DNA of 64,000 bases from Candidatus Pacearchaeota archaeon (GTDB lineage Archaea > Nanobdellota > Nanobdellia > Pacearchaeales > DTIR01). This document shows positions 18,924 through 26,985 of this stretch, piece by piece. A program made the translations under genes and the position numbers. Below the pieces are notes generated by a model. That model searched no databases and was not told where the DNA came from. It worked only from the letters and a program-made list of their open reading frames with translations. Position 1 is the first letter of the stretch. Every line of letters begins with the position of its first letter. The DNA is taken from the NCBI GenBank assembly GCA_018303805.1, contig JAGVXL010000001.1, forward strand, positions 506,164-570,163, in the 5' to 3' direction.

Positions 18924-19145
18924 TGGGCCCGACAGGATTCGAACCTGCGACTTCTTGCTTTCTTTCCTTCTATTGTAGTTTTTCTACCTTCCTAGAGTTT
19001 CTTTTTCCGCGAAAAGCAGGCAATCCTCGCCGAAGCGAGCATCACGGGCTTTTCGGGGCACAGGAAATCTTTGATTTCCTCTGTTTCTCTAAAAAGAAAC
19101 TGTGGATAGAAGGCAAGCGCTCTATCCAAGCTGAGCTACGGACCC
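18924..19145 (-). tRNA. tRNA-Arg(TCT) with 147-nt intron at 37/38 (18960-19106)
   Basis: Acceptor GGGTCCG/CGGGCCC-A; stem CTTGC/GCAAG; loop CT-TCT-A|intron|A; T-loop TTCGAAT. Confidence 0.9.
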
Positions 19146-19341
19146 TTGATGATATCCAGCTGTTTCAATTTAAAAAACTTGTTGCGTAGCATGGCGAAAG
19201 CTTTTTAAATTTCCTTGTGTTAAGAGGAACAATGAAAAAGTCTCTTAGGACACTATTAGTGCAGGTCAGCTTGCTCGTTCTTGTACTTGTAGTAGTGCTC
19301 TTATAGGGGCCTCTTCATTTTTTCTTTTCAGGAGGTTTCTC

Positions 19342-19722
19342 ATGGCACTAAACAATTTACTTGGCTGTATAATAAGAATGGAAGAAACGGATAGATGCAG
19401 ATGCGGCTATATGTATGAGATAACCGTAAATTCCGAAGGAAGAGAAAGGACATTCTACTTTGATTTGAATCATCGCTTTAAAATAGAGGGGGAAAGGATA
19501 AAATTCGAGAAAAATAGAAGCCCTACTAAAAATGCAGAGGGGGATTACAAGAACAGCCCTATTGAAACAGTAGTTATAGGCATTATGCCGAATTATGGTG
19601 GTTTTAAAGAGGTTGGAGAGATAAAGAAAGCGCTTCAAGCAGCATATATTGAACATGAGAAGGAATGGAAGAAAGAGCCAAAATCTAATTTGGATTTAAA
19701 TAAAAGAGAATTATTACTCTAA
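19342..19722 (+). CDS. Hypothetical protein
   Basis: ORF with RBS-like GGAGG upstream; no motif. Confidence 0.55.
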   Translation: MALNNLLGCIIRMEETDRCRCGYMYEITVNSEGRERTFYFDLNHRFKIEGERIKFEKNRSPTKNAEGDYKNSPIETVVIGIMPNYGGFKEVGEIKKALQAAYIEHEKEWKKEPKSNLDLNKRELLL

Positions 19723-19753
19723 AATCCGAGAATTAATTCTCTGGGATTCTAAA

Positions 19754-20875
19754 ATGAGATTTATAAAAATTTTTGACACCACATTGAGGGACGGCGCGCA
19801 GTCAGCATCTGCTATGCTTAAAATAGGAAACGAGATAAAGGTAGCGGAGCAGCTCGAAAGGCTTAATGTTGATATGATTGAAGCAGGCTTTCCTGCATCA
19901 TCAAAAGCAGAGCAGGATATTGTTGGAATAATCGCTAGAGAAAGTAGCAAAACAATTGCAGCATTGGCAAGAGCAAAAAAAGAGGATGTTAAAAAAGCAT
20001 GGCATTCCATACGCAGGGCAAAAAAGCCAAGATTCCATATTTTCATTGCCTCTTCTGATGACCATATTAAAAATAAACTGAATATGAGCAGGCAAGAGGT
20101 GGTTAATGCGGCTGTTGAAAGCATAAAATATGCAAAAGAAATCAGCAATGGAAATGCCGAAATAGAGTTTTCTGCTGAAGATGCCACAAGAAGCAATGAA
20201 AGATTTTTATTTCAGTTGTATAACGCAGCAATAAAGGCAGGAGCAGGGATAATAAATATTCCTGATACAGTTGGATTTTTTCTGCCAAATGAGTTTTTCA
20301 GGATGGTCCGTAAAATAAGGAAAAGATTTCCTCTGCCAGAAGTAAGCGTGCACTGCCACAATGATTTAGGATTAGCAGTTGCAAATTCAATTGCAGCAAT
20401 ACATGCAGGAGCAAATCAAGTACACTGCACTATGAATGGGATCGGTGAAAGGGCAGGGAATGCTGCTCTTGAAGAAATTGCCACTATCCTGACTGTAAAG
20501 AAAAATTCTGTTAATGCCTGCAGCAATATTAAAATAGGGGAAATTTATAAAACTGCACAGATAGTGAGCAAATATTTTGGCGTGGGTATACCAGTATACA
20601 AGGCAGTAATAGGGGCAAATGCTATGAAGCATGAAGCAGGAATTCATGTTCAGCATGTTAAGGGCTATGAGGCATTTAATCCAGAATATATTGGGGCTGA
20701 ACGGGAGATAATCATCGGCAGGCATTCTGGTATCCATACTGTTCTTGAAGTTGCCAGAATTAACCGCATCAATATAGGAAAAGAAGAGGCAATTGCATTA
20801 TTAAATGAGATTAAAAAGAAGGGCTTAAAAATAAGCCAAAAAGATTTTAAGAGGTATTTAGAACAAAAAGCATAA
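19754..20875 (+). CDS. leuA: 2-isopropylmalate/homocitrate synthase family (DRE-TIM), short form without C-terminal regulatory domain
   Basis: IFDTTLRDGAQ, IEAGFP, FSAEDATRS, IPDTVG, HCHNDLGLAVANS, GERAGNA, HEAGIH. Confidence 0.88.
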   Translation: MRFIKIFDTTLRDGAQSASAMLKIGNEIKVAEQLERLNVDMIEAGFPASSKAEQDIVGIIARESSKTIAALARAKKEDVKKAWHSIRRAKKPRFHIFIASSDDHIKNKLNMSRQEVVNAAVESIKYAKEISNGNAEIEFSAEDATRSNERFLFQLYNAAIKAGAGIINIPDTVGFFLPNEFFRMVRKIRKRFPLPEVSVHCHNDLGLAVANSIAAIHAGANQVHCTMNGIGERAGNAALEEIATILTVKKNSVNACSNIKIGEIYKTAQIVSKYFGVGIPVYKAVIGANAMKHEAGIHVQHVKGYEAFNPEYIGAEREIIIGRHSGIHTVLEVARINRINIGKEEAIALLNEIKKKGLKISQKDFKRYLEQKA

Positions 20876-20906
20876 AGGATTTAAATTATCCTTTGCTGGG
20901 GTAAAC

Positions 20907-23375
20907 ATGGCTGAAGTGAATTTTCAGAAAATAGAGAAGAAATGGCAGAAAGAGTGGGAGAAAGCAGGAATCTTTCATGTTGCAGAAGACAGCAAAAAGA
21001 GAAAGTACTATGTTTTGGAGATGTACCCGTACCCAAGCGCAAGTTTTTTGCATATGGGGCATGTAAGGAATTATACCCTAGGCGATGTTTATGCAAGATT
21101 CAGGAGGATGAACGGATTTAATGTCCTTTATCCGATGGGTTATGATTCTTTCGGCCTGCCTGCCGAAACTGCCGCAAAGAAAGAAGGCATACATCCAAAA
21201 AAATATACTGAAGACGCTATCAAAAAAATCATAGAGTACATGAAAGCATTGGGATTAAGCTATGACTGGAACAGAATCATTGCAAGCCATGATCAAAATT
21301 ATTACAAGTGGAATCAGTTTTTCTTTTTGAAACTGTTCGAAAAAGGACTTGCATACAGGAAGAAATCGCCTGTCAATTGGTGCGAGAAATGTGAGTCTGT
21401 ATTGGCTGATGAGGAGGCAGAGGGCGGAAAATGCTGGAGATGCGGAAATGAGGTTATGAAAAAAGAGCTGGAGCAATGGTTTTTCAAGATTACAGATTAT
21501 GCTGAAAAACTTCTCAAGGGCTTGGACAGAATTGACTGGCCTGAAAGGATTAAGGTTATGCAAAAGAATTGGATTGGAAAAAGTTATGGAACAGAGATTG
21601 ATTTTGAAGTTGAAGGTAAAGCATGGCCCATCTTCACAACTCGGCCTGACACAATTTATGGTGTCACATTCATGGTTATTTCCAGCCAGCATCCAAGGCT
21701 GATGGAGCTTGTTACAGAAAACCAGAAAAAGGAGGTTGAAAATTTTGTCAGGAAATGCCAGAAGGCAAGAACTGCTGAAGAAATTGAGAATCTTGATAAG
21801 CAGGGTGTTTTTACAGGAAAATATGCTGTTAATCTCTTGACTAAAGAAAAAATTCCAGTATATGCCGGAAATTTTGTTCTTGCAGAATATGGCTCAGGCA
21901 TGGTTATGGCTGTTCCGGCACATGATCAGAGGGATTTTGAGTTTGCAAGAAAATACAAAATTCCTATGAAAGTGGTAATTCAGCCAAAGAATTGCAAGTT
22001 AAGTTCTGAGAAGATTGAGAAGGCATATATTGATGAAGGCATCATGGCAGATTCTGGAAATTTCAACGGCATGTTAAGCAGCAAAGCAATAGACCCAATT
22101 TCTGATTTTATTGAAAAGAAAAAACTCGGGAAAAGGGCAGTGCATTACAAGATAAGGGACTGGCTTGTTTCAAGGCAGAGATATTGGGGCACGCCAATCC
22201 CGATAATTTATTGCGGTAAATGCGGTGTTGTGCCTGTGCCTGAAAAGGATTTGCCAGTCCTGCTCCCGGAAAAGGTTGATTTCAAGGCAAAAACAAATCC
22301 CTTGTCAAGCAGTAAGGAATTTGTGAATGTGAAATGCCCCCTATGCGAGGGCAATGCAAGAAGGGAAACAGACACAATGGGCGGTTTTGTTGATTCCTCA
22401 TGGTATTTCTTAAGATATTGCGACAGCAAAAACAAGAACAAGCCATTTGATGAAAATAAGGTTGGGTACTGGATGCCTGTTGACCAGTATGTTGGCGGCG
22501 CAGAGCACGCAGTCATGCACCTGATATATGCAAGATTTTTCACAAAGGCATTGAAGGATTTGGGATTTGTAACATTTGATGAGCCCTTTGCTAGGTTATT
22601 CAATCAGGGGATTGTCTATAAGGACGGCTCAAAAATGTCAAAAAGTTCAGGTAATGTTGTCTTCCAGACAGATATTTCAGACAAATATGGAATCGACACT
22701 GCAAGGCTTTTCCTGATGTTTGTGTCCTCCCCTGACAAGCAGATGGAGTGGAGCGATGAGGGTGTGGAGGGGAGCTTCAGGATAATAAACAAGCTGATAA
22801 GGTTGAAAGAGAAGGTTTCAGGAAAAGGTGATGCAAGGCAGGAAAGCAAGATGAATCTGGCGGTTAAAAAAGCAACAGAAAGCCTAGAAAAATTTGAGTA
22901 TCCAAGAGCCATTATTTCAGTTATAGAGTGCGTTGATGCATTTTCAGATTCCCTCTCAAGGAAAAATTATGAAATCCTTTTGAAGCTGATGCACCCCTTC
23001 TGCCCGCACATAACAGAAGAGCTATGGCATGAACTTGGAAACAAGAGTTTTATCAGCCTTGAAAAATGGCCAAAGGCGGATGAAAGCAAAATTGATTTAG
23101 AATTTGAAAAACAGGAAAAGCAGTCTGAACTTGTTGTGGATGATATAAGAAATATTTTTAGAATCCTGAAAGAAAAACAAAACAAAGAGCCAAAGAAGGT
23201 TTATCTTTATATGCTGCCCAAGGAACTTGGGGTATACAAAGATGCCAAAGGGAGCATAGAAAAAAGTTTAAATGTTCCTGTTGAGATTTTTGCTGTTAAT
23301 GATCCCAAGAAATATGACCCGCAGAATAAGGCTGGTAAGGCAAAGCCCGGCAAGCCAGCAATTTATATCGAGTAA
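20907..23375 (+). CDS. leuS: Leucyl-tRNA synthetase (bacterial-type core, archaeal-type C-terminal tail)
   Basis: YVLEMYPYPS..LHMGH, MGYDSFGLPAE, editing domain FTTRPDT..GVT, GGAEHA, KMSKS; tail YDPQNKAGKAKPGKPAIYIE. Confidence 0.96.
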   Translation: MAEVNFQKIEKKWQKEWEKAGIFHVAEDSKKRKYYVLEMYPYPSASFLHMGHVRNYTLGDVYARFRRMNGFNVLYPMGYDSFGLPAETAAKKEGIHPKKYTEDAIKKIIEYMKALGLSYDWNRIIASHDQNYYKWNQFFFLKLFEKGLAYRKKSPVNWCEKCESVLADEEAEGGKCWRCGNEVMKKELEQWFFKITDYAEKLLKGLDRIDWPERIKVMQKNWIGKSYGTEIDFEVEGKAWPIFTTRPDTIYGVTFMVISSQHPRLMELVTENQKKEVENFVRKCQKARTAEEIENLDKQGVFTGKYAVNLLTKEKIPVYAGNFVLAEYGSGMVMAVPAHDQRDFEFARKYKIPMKVVIQPKNCKLSSEKIEKAYIDEGIMADSGNFNGMLSSKAIDPISDFIEKKKLGKRAVHYKIRDWLVSRQRYWGTPIPIIYCGKCGVVPVPEKDLPVLLPEKVDFKAKTNPLSSSKEFVNVKCPLCEGNARRETDTMGGFVDSSWYFLRYCDSKNKNKPFDENKVGYWMPVDQYVGGAEHAVMHLIYARFFTKALKDLGFVTFDEPFARLFNQGIVYKDGSKMSKSSGNVVFQTDISDKYGIDTARLFLMFVSSPDKQMEWSDEGVEGSFRIINKLIRLKEKVSGKGDARQESKMNLAVKKATESLEKFEYPRAIISVIECVDAFSDSLSRKNYEILLKLMHPFCPHITEELWHELGNKSFISLEKWPKADESKIDLEFEKQEKQSELVVDDIRNIFRILKEKQNKEPKKVYLYMLPKELGVYKDAKGSIEKSLNVPVEIFAVNDPKKYDPQNKAGKAKPGKPAIYIE

Positions 23376-23421
23376 GTTTTATATACTCTATTCTTGGTTC
23401 TTTATTAAAGAGGGATAAAAA

Positions 23422-23577
23422 ATGGAAACAAAAATTGGGATGATTGCTGCTGTTTCTGAGGCATTAAGATTCAGGAAGCAGAATCCAAAAGCGGGCAATG
23501 AGGGGGTTATCCAGCATATCTTCAATATGTCTATGCGGGAAAGGGATATGACAAAAAAGATGGGGATGGCAAGGTAA
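23422..23577 (+). pseudogene. Short ORF, probably truncated in its second internal repeat
   Basis: METKIGMIAAVSEALRF...TKKMGMAR*; the KIGM/KMGM repeat restarts and is cut where the ilvE-like fragment begins. RBS-like AGGGA upstream. Not in the ORF track. Confidence 0.5.
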
Positions 23578-23660
23578 CAGAACAGCTTAAAAAAGTTTAT
23601 CTTGATGCTGTTCATGGCAAGAACAAGAAATATGAAAATTGGCTGAGTTATGTTAAATGA
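23568..23660 (+). pseudogene. ilvE: C-terminal remnant of branched-chain amino acid aminotransferase (IlvE-like)
   Basis: GKVTEQLKKVYLDAVHGKNKKYENWLSYVK* matches the typical IlvE C-terminus from memory of the family; no start codon or upstream domain. Confidence 0.65.
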
Positions 23661-24112
23661 AAATAAGAACAATAATCTACTTGCTTGTTTTTATTATTGT
23701 TCTTTTTCTCTATAATTCCTTTTTTGGATTCAAGCCAGAGAATGATAGAACCATTGTTACAAATGTTATTGATGGGGACACGATTGTCATAAGCGGTGGC
23801 GAAAGAGTTAGGTTATTGGGCATAGACACGCCGGAGAAAGGCGAATTTTTTTACAAGGAAAGCAAGGCAAGGCTTGAAGAGCTGATTGAGAACAAAAATG
23901 TGACGCTTGAAAAAGAGGGCGATAACAAGGACAAATATGACAGATTATTGAGATACATATTCCTAAATGATACAAATATTAATCTGCAGATGGTTGAAGA
24001 AGGGCTTGCAATCTGCTATTTTTATGAGAAAAGCAAATACCAAGAGGCATGCAAAAATCTTGAAGAGAATGCGATGCAGAACAAGATTGGACGGTGGCAG
24101 GAAAAGAGTTAG
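23657..24112 (+). CDS. Thermonuclease (SNase-like), membrane-anchored
   Basis: N-terminal TM; VIDGDT, VRLLGIDTPE, DKYDRLLRY, NLQMVEEGLA. Confidence 0.93.
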   Translation: MKIRTIIYLLVFIIVLFLYNSFFGFKPENDRTIVTNVIDGDTIVISGGERVRLLGIDTPEKGEFFYKESKARLEELIENKNVTLEKEGDNKDKYDRLLRYIFLNDTNINLQMVEEGLAICYFYEKSKYQEACKNLEENAMQNKIGRWQEKS

Positions 24113-24146
24113 AATGGCTTTTAAAAGGCATAAAAGCTAAAAAGAA

Positions 24147-25109
24147 TCAGAGAAAGGGCAAAGCATTAATTTCTTCTCCCTCATTTTTCAGCAGGATTAC
24201 ATCTATACTTATATTTTCGTTAATAAATAGACTTTTTAATTCATCAATTGTTTCCTTTATTATTAGATGTTCTTTATGAAACAACTGAATAAAACAGTTT
24301 GGCTTTGCTAAAGATAAGATTATGGAGTTTACATATTTATTGTTATTAGCAAACTCTTTTAGTTTATTTTGGTTCTCTATAGAAAAGTTTCTTAAATTTA
24401 TTGAAAGTAACGAATAATTATATCCTAATTTGTTCATATCAAACATTATCCTTGAACCAGTAATAATTTTTTCCTTTTTTAGTCTCCTGAGTTTATATAA
24501 GGCTAATTCAGCCGAAATCCCGGCTTTTTTCGCAATATCTATTAATTTAATTCTTCCGTCTTCTTCTAACGCTTTCATAATCTTCTTGTCTTTATCATCC
24601 AATTTTATTTTTTCAGATGACTCGCCAATTATAACTAAGCTATTTTCACTCTTGCTTCCTAAAAACTTTAAAGGGTAAATTTTAGCATAATAGGGCTTTA
24701 TTATCAATATTTCCTCTATAGCTTCGCTATAATCCTTTGTTGCGTTGAAAAAATATTCGTTTATCTCCCTTTCCTCTTTAAATACGCCTTGTATGAATAA
24801 ATCATATTTGTTATTAACCAAACCTTTTGAAATCCAAAAATTATCTTTCCCCAATTTTTTATGGAACTCTTTAATATATTTTGGTTTTGTAAACTTAATT
24901 AATGCTATTGCAAGGGCATTATATCCTAATTTGGGATAATTGAAAAAAGTAATAAATCTCTTTATAACTCCTTCACTAAGATATTTATTGATTCTATAGA
25001 CTACCTGTTCTCTTGAAAGCCTTGTTTCTTTAGCTATTTTAGAAATAGGCTCTCTTGCATTGTGATAAAGATACCCCAATAACCTTGAGTCCTGTTCTTT
25101 TAATTCCAT
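24147..25109 (-). CDS. Lrp/AsnC-family regulator with tandem HTH units
   Basis: Two wHTH repeats (NAREPISKIAK; DGRIKLIDIAK), each followed by KLGY. Confidence 0.85.
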   Translation of the reverse strand: MELKEQDSRLLGYLYHNAREPISKIAKETRLSREQVVYRINKYLSEGVIKRFITFFNYPKLGYNALAIALIKFTKPKYIKEFHKKLGKDNFWISKGLVNNKYDLFIQGVFKEEREINEYFFNATKDYSEAIEEILIIKPYYAKIYPLKFLGSKSENSLVIIGESSEKIKLDDKDKKIMKALEEDGRIKLIDIAKKAGISAELALYKLRRLKKEKIITGSRIMFDMNKLGYNYSLLSINLRNFSIENQNKLKEFANNNKYVNSIILSLAKPNCFIQLFHKEHLIIKETIDELKSLFINENISIDVILLKNEGEEINALPFL

Positions 25110-25233
25110 GAGTTATCAATAAGCGGAATACTATTTAAATTTGCCTATTTATTAATTTATTTAAGTATTTATTTTAATAATTGCGTACTTTTAATTAGAA
25201 AGTTAATTATATATTAAAGTTTATTACTATTGC

Positions 25234-26166
25234 ATGACAATAAGTACATTAGTAGAAAAGATTGAACAATCTTTTGAGAAAGCAGAACCTAAAAGTCAAG
25301 AACCGAAAACTTTAGCTGAAGCTGTATCAAATTCATTAATAAAAGTTATTCCAAGAATTTCTCCAGAATTGTTTGATATTAGGAGAGAAGTAGATATAAC
25401 TCTTTCTAGCAAACAAATCGAGAAAATCGATACAATTTACAAAATGGCTCATCCCTTTGGTAATCTACCAGTAATTAAGTATGGTACCTTTAATGATTCC
25501 ACATTTGGAGCAGTAGCGAAACGAGATATAGAAATTGAAGGTGAAGAAGAAATGAAAGAAAGAAAACTTAAAAGAGTAAGAAAAATAATAAATGCTAGTA
25601 TTCCTCTTTTTTCATACGCTAATATAAAAGATAAAATTGTTTGTTATCCAAAAAGCTTAGACATTATTTATGAACAAGATTGGAAAGAAAAAAGAGAACT
25701 TGCATGGCCAACAGACGGAGCTCTAGGAGGCTTTTGTCGTGAGTCTGGAGAATATCAAGATCTAGGAAAGACCAACCTTAATATTAAAGGACATTGGAGT
25801 CCAAATTTCAAACTAAATGTTGCTGTGGAAGTACCAGAATTACCCAGGGGTTTTGTTGAACTTGGAGATGAGGCGGTCGCATTATATTATGCGCATGTTA
25901 AAGGAACTTCAAAAGAATTAAGAAAAAAAACTTCCTTACGATCTCCAAGTTTAGGAGTATTATGGATTCCTAATCCAAAAGCCTTTTATGCAACAGGAAA
26001 TATTCCTAAGATAGAACCACCTCCTAAAAAAGGTGACCCTGTTCTAGTTTTAGATATTCCTGGAGAAAAAAGAAGCTATAGGCACGCTGTTGCTGCATGG
26101 AATATCGGAGAAGAGATCCATTTCAGAAATTGGCTAGCTGAATATACTGAAGGGGGCAGAGTATAA
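25234..26166 (+). CDS. Hypothetical protein (AT-rich island)
   Basis: 310-aa ORF with A/T-ending codons; C-terminal GDPVLVL...AAWNIGEE. Confidence 0.7.
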   Translation: MTISTLVEKIEQSFEKAEPKSQEPKTLAEAVSNSLIKVIPRISPELFDIRREVDITLSSKQIEKIDTIYKMAHPFGNLPVIKYGTFNDSTFGAVAKRDIEIEGEEEMKERKLKRVRKIINASIPLFSYANIKDKIVCYPKSLDIIYEQDWKEKRELAWPTDGALGGFCRESGEYQDLGKTNLNIKGHWSPNFKLNVAVEVPELPRGFVELGDEAVALYYAHVKGTSKELRKKTSLRSPSLGVLWIPNPKAFYATGNIPKIEPPPKKGDPVLVLDIPGEKRSYRHAVAAWNIGEEIHFRNWLAEYTEGGRV

Positions 26167-26167
26167 A

Positions 26168-26542
26168 ATGGGCCTAATATTAACCGGATTTCCTGATATT
26201 TCTCCTGAGGATAGGGCTCGGAAAGATAGAGAAGTAAGAAAACGCCTTCATGGATACAAAATGGAGTTATTGGGAGGTATTGAAAAACATGTAAATGAAG
26301 TAAGAACAGACTGTCTACCTAAGACAGATATAAGAGTTCAAGTTGTTGAAAATATGACTCCACATCAGAAAGTAAGACTATTAAAAAAGCTTGAAGAAGA
26401 GATGAAGTCCTGTAGCGAATACCCAAGAGAACAATCCTGGGTTGAACAAGCGGTAAAGGAGTTTAAGCGAGGCAATTATAGCTATGAAACTATTTATGAT
26501 TATATCTCTGCAAAAGATATAGCTAAAATTGTTTCAAATTAG
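26168..26542 (+). CDS. Hypothetical protein
   Basis: Coupled to the previous ORF (1-nt gap). Confidence 0.6.
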   Translation: MGLILTGFPDISPEDRARKDREVRKRLHGYKMELLGGIEKHVNEVRTDCLPKTDIRVQVVENMTPHQKVRLLKKLEEEMKSCSEYPREQSWVEQAVKEFKRGNYSYETIYDYISAKDIAKIVSN

Positions 26543-26596
26543 TGAAGAATAAACAAATGTAAATAAATCGGAAAATTATATAATGGCAAAAATAAA

Positions 26597-26980
26597 ATGA
26601 AAAAATCTAAAATTGTGCTAGATTGGGATGAAATTGAAACTAAGAAGCAGAAAAAAGGACTCATTGATGCGGTTCTTTCAGAAATAGCCTTACTTAGAAA
26701 CTCCCCCGCTCTCAAGGATGTAATAAGTGATGATGGGATAAGTATTGCTGAAATAGACAGGAGTAATAATGTTGATGACAATGGAGTTTATACACTTAGG
26801 ATACTAAAAACCGGAAAGATTGTAGAGGATAATTCATACATGGAGTCTGATGGATACTTTTCAGAACCGAGATACAAGGGGGGAATGCCTGTTTCAAAAT
26901 CTGAATTAGCTCAAAAGATAGAATTCTATAAAATAACCCCAAACGATATCCGTACGATTCAAAAAAGAATCAAAAGATGA
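26597..26980 (+). CDS. Hypothetical protein
   Basis: ORF in same island and orientation. Confidence 0.6.
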   Translation: MKKSKIVLDWDEIETKKQKKGLIDAVLSEIALLRNSPALKDVISDDGISIAEIDRSNNVDDNGVYTLRILKTGKIVEDNSYMESDGYFSEPRYKGGMPVSKSELAQKIEFYKITPNDIRTIQKRIKR

Positions 26981-26985
26981 TGAGG

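Noticed and set aside
18580-19189. Track ORFs 18580..18915(-) and 18923..19189(+) as intron-encoded proteins
   Set aside because: They run across tRNA exons and palindromic intron DNA; neither is confined to an intron or has a protein motif.
19232-19341. Eroded signal peptide for ORF 19342 (MKKSLRTLLVQVSLLVLVLVVVLL*)
   Set aside because: Would need a frameshift and has no homology support; too weak to call.
23388-23672. 94-aa hydrophobic - strand ORF
   Set aside because: It is the antisense shadow of the + strand truncated ORF and ilvE remnant, which show better protein-like signatures.
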